Positions 1 through 11,985 of a stretch of 64,000 bases of DNA are shown here, piece by piece (position 1 is the first letter of the stretch; each line of letters begins with the position of its first letter). The notes under the pieces are model-generated. The model worked only from the letters and a program-made list of their open reading frames with translations, did no database searches and was not told where the DNA came from. The position numbers and the translations under genes were made by a program. This DNA is from Yuukianura sp. NJ FZ-2021 (taxonomy: Eukaryota): NCBI GenBank assembly GCA_046563655.1, contig CM102290.1, forward strand, positions 3,906,001 through 3,970,000, read 5' to 3'.

Positions 1-31
1 ATTCAAGTGACAATTAATTGGAAGCCTCAAG

Positions 32-2205
32 ATGTCGATTGAAATCGAATCTGTAGAGTAAGTTAAATTTTGTAAATAAGAAGGCATGGGCCACATTTAA
101 GAAAACTAAAATCTAAATAATCGAAAAGTAAACAACTCACTCATATCATGTGTTTGATTTCTAGTATCATTCGTCTTATTCAGCAATTTCTTAAAGAGGC
201 GAATTTGCAACGAAGTCTTACAGCTCTTCAGGAAGAAACTGGAGTTTCGCTAAATACTGTGGACAGCGTTGAAAGTTTCTGTGCCGATATTGTCAATGGT
301 CACTGGGACATTGTCCTCAAAGTCACGCAAAATCTTAAGCTTCCGGACAAAAAATTAATTGACTTATACGAGCAGGTATAATTTCACATTCCCACTGCTT
401 TAGCATGTTCATGAATTATTCAATTCTTACAACGATTTACTATCCTTGATACTTCTAATTCGGGCACGTTATTTGTCATTTTTCTGTTAGGTTGTTCTTG
501 AGCTAATCGAGTTACGTGAATTAGGAGCCGCTCGATCCCTCTTACGAAACACCGACCCGATGATAATGATGAAGCAAGTCGAGCCAGAACGTTATATGCA
601 TTTGGGTATTTTTATATTTAACAGTACTAATACTTTAAAACAAGAATCGCCGCGACGTAAATAATTTTTGATTCCAGAAAATATTCTTGCTCGATCATAT
701 TTCGATGCCAGAGAGGCTTATCCGGAAGGTGGAAGTAAAGAAAAAAGGAGAACGGCTATCGCTGCTGCATTATCAACTGAAGTTTCAGTTGTTCCACCTT
801 CACGACTTTTGGCACTCATGGCTCAAGCACTCAAATGGCAGCAGCATCAGGGCCTTCTCCCACCGGGTACAACGATTGACTTATTCAGAGGCAAGGCGTC
901 TATGAAGGAGCAAGAGGAGGAGAAATTCCCTACACAAATGGTAAAACAAATCAAGTTCGGCCAAAAGACACACGTGGAGTGCGCCAGGTTCTCACAGGAT
1001 GGACAATACTTGATTTCTGGATCTGTCGATGGCTTTATAGAAGTTTGGAATTTTACTACCGGAAAAATACGGAAAGATCTCAAATATCAAGCACAGGTAT
1101 CATATGATGTTGACAGTTACTTCACTTTTCAAGTTATTATACTTCTTCGATTCGATTCTGTAGATAAACTATTTCTGTGCGATGATGTAGGACAACTTCA
1201 TGATGATGGAAGAAGCAGTTCTCTGCCTCGCATTTAGTAGAGACTCGGAGATGTTGGCATCCGGTTCTCAAGCAGGAAAGATTAAAATTTGGAAAATTGG
1301 AACTGGTCAGTGTCTGAGACGTTATGAAAAAGCCCATTCGAAAGGTGTCACATGCATCCAATTCTCCAAAGACAATAGTCAGATCCTTAGCTCATCATTC
1401 GACACTACTATACGGTACGTTATTTCTCTAATTTACTGCACTTCAGATCTTATCCCACTGACGATTACGTTTGATAATTCTGTAGGCTCCATGGTCTCAA
1501 ATCCGGAAAATGCATCAAGGAATTCCGCGGGCACACTTCATTCGTCAACGACGTTACGTTCACTGTAGACCATCACAACGTGATTAGCGTAGCTTCGGAT
1601 GGTCTGATTAAGATTTGGAGCCTCAAAACTACTGAAGCTCTTCACACGTATAAATCCAACCTGGGTGGCAGTGGAGCTGTGGACATCCCTATTAGCTCTA
1701 TTATGATACTACCAAAACATCCAGACCACTTCATTGTTTGCAACAGAACAAATACAGTCGTCGTTATGAATATGTCGGGACAGGTAACCCTCAAAAACTC
1801 GTTAGTGAATGTTTCTATTTTCTAAATACAGACGATGCTAAAACATTTTCATATGTTGTACTTTCTCGTAGATTATCAAATCATTTACAAGTGGAAAGCG
1901 TGAGGGTGGCGACTTTGTTTGTGCGTGTCTCTCCCCGAGAGGGGAATGGGTTTACTGTGTCGGGGAAGACATGGTACTCTACTGTTTCTCACTAAATTCC
2001 GGAAAGTTAGAGAGGACTCTCACGGTAAGTTACTTTCAACTTCGATTTTATAAAAAAACAATTTCATAATAAGAACGATTATTACTCATCTTCTCTTTGG
2101 CTATAGATACACGAAAAAGACGTCATCGGTATTTCGCACCATCCTCATCAGAACTTAATTTGCTCCTACAGTGAAGATGGGACACTCAAATTATGGAAGC
2201 CGTAA
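32..2205 (+). CDS. SMU1: WD40-repeat spliceosomal protein SMU1 (multi-exon)
   Basis: ATG 32 (MSIEIESVD), intron 58-164, then [11 protein letters not shown]...[51 protein letters not shown]40 repeats; ends [31 protein letters not shown] (TAA 2203-2205). GT-AG introns join the ORF fragments. Confidence 0.96.
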
Positions 2206-3265
2206 TCGCGATTTTCCAGTTTACCGTTTGCTAATCTAAGAAGTGTTGCCCCGTACGAAAGACAAGTATCGTATCGACTCCAGGTCCAAATGTGCGTGTA
2301 TTATAAGTACAATTTATCTTCAACTTAATTTAGAAGTTTACTGATACTTGTATGCTGTTCTGCTAAATACTATTTACTAGCCATTTACATCCATAGTTGT
2401 AACTGCTTTTTAGCAAGTTTTATATATGTTACTTAATAAAAAGTTCTGTTTAGCGGGTTGAAATCACTTGAGTTGTGTCGATGTATTAATTAGTCAGAAC
2501 AGATTTGATGGTGCGATTTTTAAGATAATGGAACTCATGACGACCTCATGATTCATCGGGTAAAAATGAGATTCTGCCGCAGTGTGCTTAGCTTGAGCTA
2601 AATCTCATTCCTTCCCGTGCCTCTTGTGTTAAAAGAGCCGACAAAAACGTGTTTCCCATTGGATTTCCACTGAATTGGAGGAAGTTTCTGCCGTAAATCT
2701 TTGTGTTCACAACAAGTAAAATTTCACATTCCGATTTATTTGTTCCAGGTAATCTAACTTACAAAAAATTTTCCTTGTCTGATCTGTTGGTGACTCGTAG
2801 TGTCCAGTTATTGTTACTTCTGAAGGAAACGATACTGAGAATTCAAAAGCTAATGAATATTTGACTCTCATTGGCTCACCACAGTTGAACCTTGAGCGAA
2901 CTCAAGAAACAAGATTAGATCCACCGATTGCTGCCGTGTAATCCTTCCATCGTTGTAATTTACTCAACCAATCTAATGCTGGGCTTGGCATAGGTAGAAC
3001 ATCATTGTATTGTAAGTGAAACATAACTAAACTAAAGCGATAAGAGAGATCGATACATCATATAACATGTGACGTGACATTACGTCAATTTTTCGGCAAT
3101 GTTCACGGACCGTGAATCAGGGTTAAGGTTTAATGCTATTCAATCTTTACAGGCACAGTTCACAACGATCCAGTTTGAAGATTGTAGTTTACTTGTCTAG
3201 GTGGAACAACTACGCTGCTGGCAGTGCTCCCCAAGTCATTTACGTTGAATTGAGGCTAACTGGAA

Positions 3266-5397
3266 ATGCTTGGATTTTTCATAACAAAAGTTCTTGCCTT
3301 CATTGATGTAAGTTTTCTTTTTAACGCGGAGTCATTCATAAGTTTCAGATTTCATTAATCATGTGTTCATGAAATTAACAGGCTCCGTGGTATCATGTAA
3401 TCCTGGAAGCCGTTCTCTTCATATGGGTGATATGGTTGCTTCGGAAGAAAAAGAAGTCGGAGAGTACAAGAATTGTTCTTACTAAAGAGGTTTGTCTTCT
3501 TACTACTGAATAATTGAATTGTACTGTTATCTTTTTACAACTTGTAGTGTTTACCTTATTCCTTGAATACTTTAGGAAGAAGAAGAAATAATTCAAGCGT
3601 GGAGGCCGCAACCCCTCGTCGATGAAGATGCAGTAGCCGATGAATCCTACTATTCTACGGTGTGGTCTACTGTCGAGGGCCGAGCCGGAAAATATATTCA
3701 AGTTGAAGGCGAAAAATATTTGAACATGGCAACCCACAATTACTTGGGATTCGTTGACGAGGAGTCGATGATCGAAGAAGCAGAGAGTTGTATCAGGAAA
3801 TATGGAGTTGGATCATGCGGTCCTCGTGGATTTTATGGAACCTTTGGTAATTCAATTTAGTAAAAGTTAACTAAATAAGATCATTCTTTTTGACTTTATA
3901 AACTAAATCAAATGGTTCTTTCTCTTTCAGATGTGCATTTAAAACTGGAAGAAGCTATAGCAGAATTCATGAACTTGGAGGAAACAGCCTTGTATTCCTA
4001 TGGCTTCGCAACTATTTCCAGTGCAATTCCTTCTTATGCCAAAAATGGTGATATTGTTTTCGCGTAAGTCTAAATAACGCCCATTCTGTTTCTGTTGCAC
4101 TGAATTAGTCGAGTTCACTCACCACCGTTATGTCTGCACTTGCAGGGACGAGTCTGTGAATTTTTCCATACAGAAAGGTCTCCAGGCCTCTCGAAGTACA
4201 ATAAAATACTTTAAGCATAATGACTACGAGGATTTGAAGAAACTGCTTGACGAACAACTTGAGTGGGACTTGAAGGTGAGTCAGTGGTTTAAAAAAGAAT
4301 ATAATTCAATAAATCTCAATATATTTCAGACGAAGGTTCAACCTTCTTATTCATAAATGTCGATCACTAACAAATCTGGTTTGATACTTCTATACAGAAT
4401 CCCAAGAAAGCCAAGACGAAGAAACGTTTTTGTATCGTGGAGGGGATTTATGCAAAGACGGGAACAATGTGTCCTTTGGTGGAGATAAACCAGTTGTGTC
4501 TACAACACAAGGTTCGTCTGTTCGTCGATGAAAGCATTTCTTTTGGTGTGTTGGGAGATACGGGACGAGGAATTACTGAGCACCTTGGTGTTCCGGTGAG
4601 TAGAAAATCACATCTTTTATACAAAAGGCTTGTAATGTATCTTCAACGGCGTTACATGTCTGTATGTGAAACAGGTCCGAGACATTGATTTCATTTCTGG
4701 AACAATGGAATATGCATTTGCCTCATACGGAGGCTTTGTTGTCGGAAGTTCATACGTTGTTGATCATCAGAGAATTTCTGGACTAGGTACTATTTCTTAT
4801 TTAAACGCGTTCAGAAGAGCTGTTTAATCAAGGAATTACCTAACTAAGTGTTTGATTTGAATTTTTCAGGATATTGTTTTTCGGCCTCGTTGCCTCCAAT
4901 GCTTGCAGGAGCTGGACTTCATGCGCTTCATCTGATCAAACAGAATCCACAGTTCATTGCCGAGCTACAAGAGAACTGTCAATATCTCCATAATGTTCTT
5001 AGCCAATTACAGGGATTCAATCTTGAAGGCCATGAACTGTCACCTCTGAAATTCTTGTCACTGGCTGGATCTACGGGCTCCAGACCAGGAGACCACAAAG
5101 TGTTGGATGAAGTCATCTTATATGTAAGTGGATGATGACATACATGCATGGGAAAGGCTTACTTTCTATTTCATCTGTTCTTGAACACTTATTAATGACG
5201 CTCTTTGAACTATTTAGGTAAAGAACAACTTCAAAATTGCTCTGACTCAGCCATCTCTTCTGGAAGATCAAGAATATAAATTGCCACCACCTTGTATTCG
5301 GATTTCCGTCAACCGACTCCTCACAAAAGAAGAAATGGATTCCGTTGGAGCTGCTCTTCAGAGCGCAAGTGATAACCTTGAATTATTCGACTCATGA
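3266..5397 (+). CDS. SPTLC1: Serine palmitoyltransferase subunit 1 (LCB1), multi-exon
   Basis: N-terminal [99 protein letters not shown] lacks the PLP-binding Lys, as expected for LCB1 rather than LCB2. Stop TGA 5395-5397; start ATG 3266 inferred. Confidence 0.93.
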
Positions 5398-6546
5398 GTC
5401 AATATCAAAGGCCAATTTATACAAGAAATAACTTCACTCGTCATTCAGTACACTCTGCTGAATTCAACTTGTGCTAAATCTTCTGTATCAACTTAAAATT
5501 ATTGTAACGCTTTTAGTGGCCTACCACCTTTGATTGTCATTCAAAACTTTTATCCAAAGGAGCTGCAGATTAAGATTCAACTTCATATGAATCACTTTCT
5601 TTTATTCAACACAAAACACAATTGGAGCAGATTTGAGCTCCATTTCCGCTTAGTCAACAACTCATATTCTTAACAATATGATCATTTTCTAATTACCAAC
5701 TTAATTGGAAACGCTGCAGGCTGAGCGAACTAACAAATGCTTAAATGAAGAGGATGAAACAGGGGGAAACATCGAAGTTGTAACTCTTTTGGAAAAATTA
5801 AATTGTTTGCCTAATTTTCATTATTTTAACCCTGATGGTTCTGAGGGTCCAAGACAATGAAAAGTTAGTTTTCATTCCAGTGTCGCCTAGTGATGTACAT
5901 CCGAATGTCGTTCAGATCCACACTACTAATAGGAATACTACAGTAGGCGACACTGGACTGAACGTAAAAGGAATCCAAAACTTTAATATTAACAGAAGTG
6001 AAGAGGGATAAAACAGGTTTATTTATATTAACGAGGGAATATAAAAATACAGGAGTAAGTAAGGGAGAACAATCTGCCCAAAAAGTTATACATAAAATCA
6101 TGTGGATTCCGGTTGTAGAGTAACCATTAAACTTGAAATAAAATTGTTAAGGGCATCCAATGTAATATAGGGTTCCAAAGGAAAGTGTGCACTAGACAAC
6201 CAGTGTTTCGTTTTCTCCTTATGAATTGGCCCACACTACAAACTGTGTCGAACTTTATCTGCTTTCCCTTGTTATGATTTGATGTTCAACTCAATGTGAC
6301 TGACTAAAATACTTCTACCGATTTTTAAGTATGCATCAAATCCTTAAAGCACGGGTCTCAAAAATATTTATGTCACTTCCCTCTATTGAATTTCTTTTAA
6401 CTTTGTCCCTCCGTTCTCACTTTACCCCCCTTTTTCAATTAAACCAAATACCCAATGAACGCTTACGAAACACTGGTTTCTAGTCCTTGTTGCCTACTGC
6501 TGGTTAAACGGTAGTAAATAGACTCATTTGGTAAGTGTTTTGTTTG

Positions 6547-6574
6547 GGGAAAGTGAAAGTACTTTCACTTTCCC
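6547..6574. repeat. Perfect 28-bp palindrome GGGAAAGTGAAAGT-ACTTTCACTTTCCC
   Basis: Read directly; lies downstream of both the SERBP1 and SPTLC1 stop codons. Confidence 0.9.
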
Positions 6575-7132
6575 AGTAAACAGGCACAAAGATTACAAGA
6601 TTTGAAGAGAAAAAAGAAGAGACAAGGACGATACCAAGGAAGCGCTTCGTCGAAGACTTCCCCCAATTCGGGACATACACCGGTCTCCTATCTAAATTAT
6701 TTCTAGGATAAAACACTATTTGAGTATAACCGCGACACCCACTTCTAAACCCTATAAAATGGGACAGTTTTATAGGAGAAACTACTTTCAATTATTTCAG
6801 ACAGTCACCTCAAGATAAAGAAGTGAGGGACAAGGGCTGCGGGAACAATGACAGAGAAAGTACATCTACCTCTCCTCAAGGATTAGAATTCAAAACTCCA
6901 TATTTTCAGTTAGAATTGCTTAAATTCTAAATATATAATCCTCCCCTCCAAGTTAGGATCATTTAAGCAACAAGATATTTTTTTTTCTACTAAACTGATT
7001 TCCTGGTTTGGTAGACAAGAATATTGAGATGAAATCTCAATCATGCTGACAAGTGGATTTTGTGATGTAGATAAATTTAGTTAGTGTTAAGTTTTAGTGT
7101 TTGTTGGTTGTGTTACTATTTTCTGTGTTTCT

Positions 7133-9854
7133 TCAACCCAGAGCTGGAAAGTCGAAATCATCATCAACTTTCGGAGCAGCCTGACGTGGGTTCCGATCAT
7201 GTTGCTTCAAAATATCAAAAGCAATGTGTAAAAATCTAAACATGTGAACATTGGACGCATTTGAAATATTTGGTTTCTTACCTCTCGAGAGAAGCCAGCG
7301 CCTCTGCTTCCACCGCCTCCTCCTCGACCAAATCCTCCACGAAAACCACCTCCACGCCCTTCTCCGCGATAGAAGTTCCCACCGCCGCGGTCACTTCGTT
7401 CACCACGACCAGCCCCACCGCTGCCACCTCCTCGTCCGCCTGGCCTTGATCGTTGACCGAATCCACCACGTCGTGAGTCCGCAAAAGTAAAGTTTACGTC
7501 CAGGATTTGCTTCTGTCGTCCGGCTCGTTGATGACACTCCTCATATTCCTGAAGTCAAAAATGTTAATCTCAACTACACTGTTGATACTTTGCCGTAGAA
7601 GTCAATAACTACTAAGCATAATATGCTTACTTCTTCCTCTTCCTCTTCAGCATCGTCCTCCTTTTCCTTTTTCTTCAAAGTCATTTTCTTCCATTGTGAT
7701 TGGTCTTCTCCTTCACCGGCTTTGCGGAGGTTAAATACAGGCTTGGCTCGTGGTTCCTACGAAAAACAGGACACAGGATGTCAGACGAACTAACTAAATA
7801 TTCGACTACGAGCAACAGGAATTTACTCAAACTCCATTTAACTTGTATGAGTAATTAGCTGGCTTCCATACCTGAGTTGCCCTCCATTCATCAAGAGTCA
7901 TTAGCTTCTGTTGCGGTTCGGTTTCAGCTCCGGGTTCCTCATTTTCGTAGCTGGTTTCTGCAGGAGGGGCTTGTTCGTCACCGCGTTCTTCAATACTTTC
8001 GTCAGCAGTTCGCTCGGCACCGGCACCCACTCTGAAACGAAATTCATACCATGTCATATTATTGTTACCTAAATTCCAGGAACTCTTCCAGAAGTTCGAG
8101 AACGCTTTACATTTCTTTACGCTAGGTCAAGCAAATCGAGAAACGATCAATACGTTGTATTCTACAGAACTTTACTTACTCCACTTCATCGTCTTTATAA
8201 GTTCCCCAGTTGCGCGACCCAGCACCGTCTCTCTTGTCAACAGCCTTTACCCCACTGTTACAAACAGAAAAATAAATTGTATACTTGTCATGGGGTGCTA
8301 AGGCTGGTTTTGCGAAAGAAAGAAGGTTCAGGTTTGAGAGAATGAAAGAAAAGCAAGGCCTTTGGTCTTCTAAGCAAAAACCGAACACAAAGGTCGAGGA
8401 TGTGAACAAAATGTGGATCAAGGACATATTTTTGTTTTCAAGGAAAAAGCATGCAGGGATTAAACAATAGGGAAATAACCTTTTGTCAGAGCCAGATTGT
8501 CTATCAAATTCCCGTTTACGAAATCCTCCTTGTCCGCCACGAGATCCTCGAAAGTTTTGTCCGCGCCCACGGTCACCGCCTCGGAAAAATCCGCCATCAC
8601 GACGGGGTCCTCGGCCCTCAAAGTCATTGGATTCCCTGGTTTACAAGAAATTAAACATACGATGGATGAGCATAACTTGATTGTAAAATATGCTAAACAG
8701 AGAATAGTATGAGCATGTTCCTAACCGATTTGAGTCTTCGTTCCTTCTGTTGTTTCTAGCCTCACGTCCCTCATCATTATTGAATCTCATAGCACGGTCG
8801 CCCCCTTGAAAACCTCCTTGACGTTCCCCTTGTTGATATCGGTCTTGTTGGTGACGATCAGAAAAGCGATCACCGCCTTGTGGTTTCTCTCCTTGAAAGC
8901 GTTCGGGACGATCTCTTGGAGCTCCATCAGTACGTGGACGCTGGGGTTTTGGTGGCAGCTTATCAGCTTCCCCAGAACCTAAACCCGCAATTCACACAAG
9001 AAAATCCAATTGACCAATTTAAAGTAACTTATTAAATAGAAAGTAATTCATTCATTACGTTGTTCCTTTTGCTGTTGTCCAGCCGGAGCGCGATTGGTAC
9101 CACGAATGTCATTGCCTCCTTTCGCATTGGAATCCCGAATTCCTTTTCGATCAACTCGAGGAGCTGGCGCTACCGGAGCTCCCACCTTCTCGTTAGTTGT
9201 TTCTAGGACAGAAAATTAAAACAAATAGGCATAACGATGTAGCGACTTCTCGAAAGTAGTATTAGAAAAAGCAAAAATATTAATAAGAAAAAAAATATAA
9301 ATGGTGAAAGTCAATGAAAATGTCGTGAAGAGAAAGAAATCATTTTTAGGCACTCGCATGGAGGAAAGGTTACAAAAATCTGCAAAGCTATTTCAAAACC
9401 ATGCCTATCCACTACCAACTTAGCACGTTCTGTTTTTAACCATAAGTGCATCGCGCTAAACTAAAAGGTTGTTAGCGAAAGTTTAGTTTTAGAGTTCAAC
9501 AAAAAATAAATGCGAAACTATCAACTTGTTAAAAATAAATTGTGCGTTTCTGCTGAAAACTAATAGGAAAAACAACAGAAGGTCCGATATTAGCAAATTT
9601 TGAATAATACTTTGCTTCTGAGCTTTAGTTGCTGGCAATTCTTTTCCGGGTGGAGCACTACTACTACTTGTAATTTCCTTTCCACGATTTTCTTTCTCTG
9701 CTGCCGGTGTTGCCGTTATATTCGCTTTACCCTTTTTCTTCGCTTCCTTCTCTTTCTCTGAATCCTTCACGTCAGCAGGATCCGCATCTTCATTGTCGAT
9801 GAAGCAGGAATACCGATTGGTAATTCCCACCCCGTACAGATTATCCATGTTCAT
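7133..9854 (-). CDS. SERBP1: SERBP1/HABP4/vig-family RGG RNA-binding protein (multi-exon)
   Basis: N-term MDNLYGVGITNRY; GKREFDRQSGSDK, DKRDGAGSRNWGT, LMTLDEWRA, FNLRKAGEGEDQSQWKKM, RGG/GGRG-rich exon, C-term APKVDDDFDFPALG* (stop at plus-strand 7133-7135). Start may be either Met (9854 or 9848). Confidence 0.9.
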
Positions 9855-11915
9855 GGAGAAGTATGGGACTAGGTCAGTCTCAACTGGAATTACAAAACGA
9901 AGTAACGGTACAATTAGCTAGTAGGCCAAATGTAATGATTCAATGGTTAAGTGCGTAAAGTTAAGTACGAAGAGGAGTGACTCTTTGTTTGGCCTAATTC
10001 GGAAGATTCGGGAGTGGGTTTCAGTGAGTCATAGCGAAAGTGGGAGATGTGACCGGGAGGTCACTGACCTCTCCTATCTCTCTACTGCCACCGCCTTGCC
10101 CGTTCTCCCTTGCCACGACATGTCTTAATGTAATTGTAATTAACTAAATAATTGAGACTTACCTTGTTAGGTCCAGTAGAAAGAACACTCGACACAGAAC
10201 AGAATTGGTGGAAGAAAGAAGATTTCTTCTGGTGTATTTGGTTCTCCAAGTCTCACCTCGCCGTCTTCGTCGCGCGTGTGAAACAAACTCCAAAACCAAA
10301 AAAAAAAGTTACGTTTCCTCCTCCCCGTCTTTCCAGAGTCATTGCGATGGTAAATAAAAAAAAATAGAAGTAGTTGTCATAGTGCTCGACGGATGGCGCT
10401 CAAACCCACTACAACGCCCCACCCCACACCCCCATGCCCCAATGCCATCATGGTCCACTCTTCCTGGTTATACAATGTTTGTTTTGTCTCCAAATCCAGT
10501 TGACCTTTAACCAAAGGTCACCAGTTTTACGAGTCAGCAAAAGCAGAATCATTTTCTGCCAATCTTTTACAACTTCAACTCTGGAACGAGTCAAATCAAC
10601 AATCAACCCTCTCAAGATTTTACAAAACTCACCCTCTCTCATTGCGTTCTTTTAAATCAAGGTGAAGGATGCTCGAACTTTTGAGGCCCCACCCCATATA
10701 GAACTTTTCCTATTCCGGATTTTTAAATTGCTTTTTAAACCGCTAAATTTTTTAATAAGACAACGTTTGACTGACTTGCAAGCATACAAAAAATAGCTTC
10801 ACTGGGTTAAATTAATTATTAAAGGTATGGAACTCGCCTCTCGAATTTGCTCAATTTTTGGAACAACTTTTAGGGGTTTCTCTCTTTGTTTGCTGAAAGA
10901 AAAAAACTAGAACAGAAATTGTTGAGTTCGTTGCATTTCACTCCTATAATTTAAAAAAAAAATATTTACATTTCTCATTTAGAATTCGAATTTAAGTTTA
11001 AAAAAAATAAAAGCTCTGACTAAGGGTTATGGAAAACTGTAAATGTTTATTTTTTATGTTTTTTTTTATTTTGAAACGCTCCAGTTGGTCAAATCCAATC
11101 GTTGTTTAAAAAAGTAGAGGTTAAGAATAATGGAGTTTCGAACTATAACTGTCAGCCATGAATCATTTCATTTTCTCCGTAACTTTTGAGTTACTAAAAG
11201 TGAGAATAAGAGCCAGATTGGTTTCCTTTGGTTTGCATTCTGTTGTTCCTTGTTCCATAAATCGTTGTGCGTGACGCCGATAGACTTGTGCTGACTTGGT
11301 GTAGAAACGTTAAGAGATGTTGGATGGTCACCTGTCGACGCATTCTGTTTGGACATGACATGAGGTGAGCAAGGCAGAGTCCAGCTGAACTGTTGGGCAA
11401 TTGAAGTGATCTCTGACCATGACTTTCGTGAGATTCAAATTGCAAAATCCAATTAATAGGAAGACAAAAGAAGAAACCAGATGGGATCTGGAAGAAGATG
11501 TAGGAATCTGGTTAGTATAGGAGAGATGAGGGAACAGAAGAACAATAGAAATGAAGATGCGTTTGTCGTTGGTTAATCTCGCTACACTTACATCATGATG
11601 TAAGTGGTGGTTCATCTTCATCCCCTTAAGTCCTCCCAACCAAGACTTTCCCTCCAAAAGATTTTGGGCGCGAGGAAACTTATTGTTCTCAAAGCACCAA
11701 CCACTTAAACCACTTACGGCACCTGTTCTTTTGACAAACCAGAGATTCTACACGGAACAACCAACCACTTTCCTTTGTGAACTCACAGGGAACAGGCCTT
11801 GAGTACTCCTGTGACCGCCAATTACGTCCACAGGCACATACAAACGTCACTGGAGTCAGGGGACAGGTCACCAGGGTCAAACTGATCTCTAGGTCAACAT
11901 AGGATCTCATTAGCG

Positions 11916-11985
11916 TCAGTCGCAGCAGATCGAACTGTGGAGAGCGAAAGAGTGAAAAAAAGGAACGGCGTTGACAATCTACCAG
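11916..11985 (+). promoter_or_regulatory. Probable TSS/Inr (TCAGTC) and non-coding first exon of the ZNF367-like gene
   Basis: TCAGTC at 11916 followed by CAG|GTAAAC donor at ~11985; E2F-like TTTGGGCGCG ~250 bp upstream; TTTTAG acceptor ~40 nt before ATG 13014. Motif-only evidence. Confidence 0.35.

Noticed and set aside
5890..5961. C/D-box snoRNA-like GTGATGT...CTGA
   Set aside because: Imperfect C box, and CTGA lies outside the main stem, so the geometry does not fit.
5600..7130. Telomerase RNA or RNase P/MRP as identity of the structured region
   Set aside because: No CCTAACC-type template and no convincing RNase P/MRP conserved regions seen.
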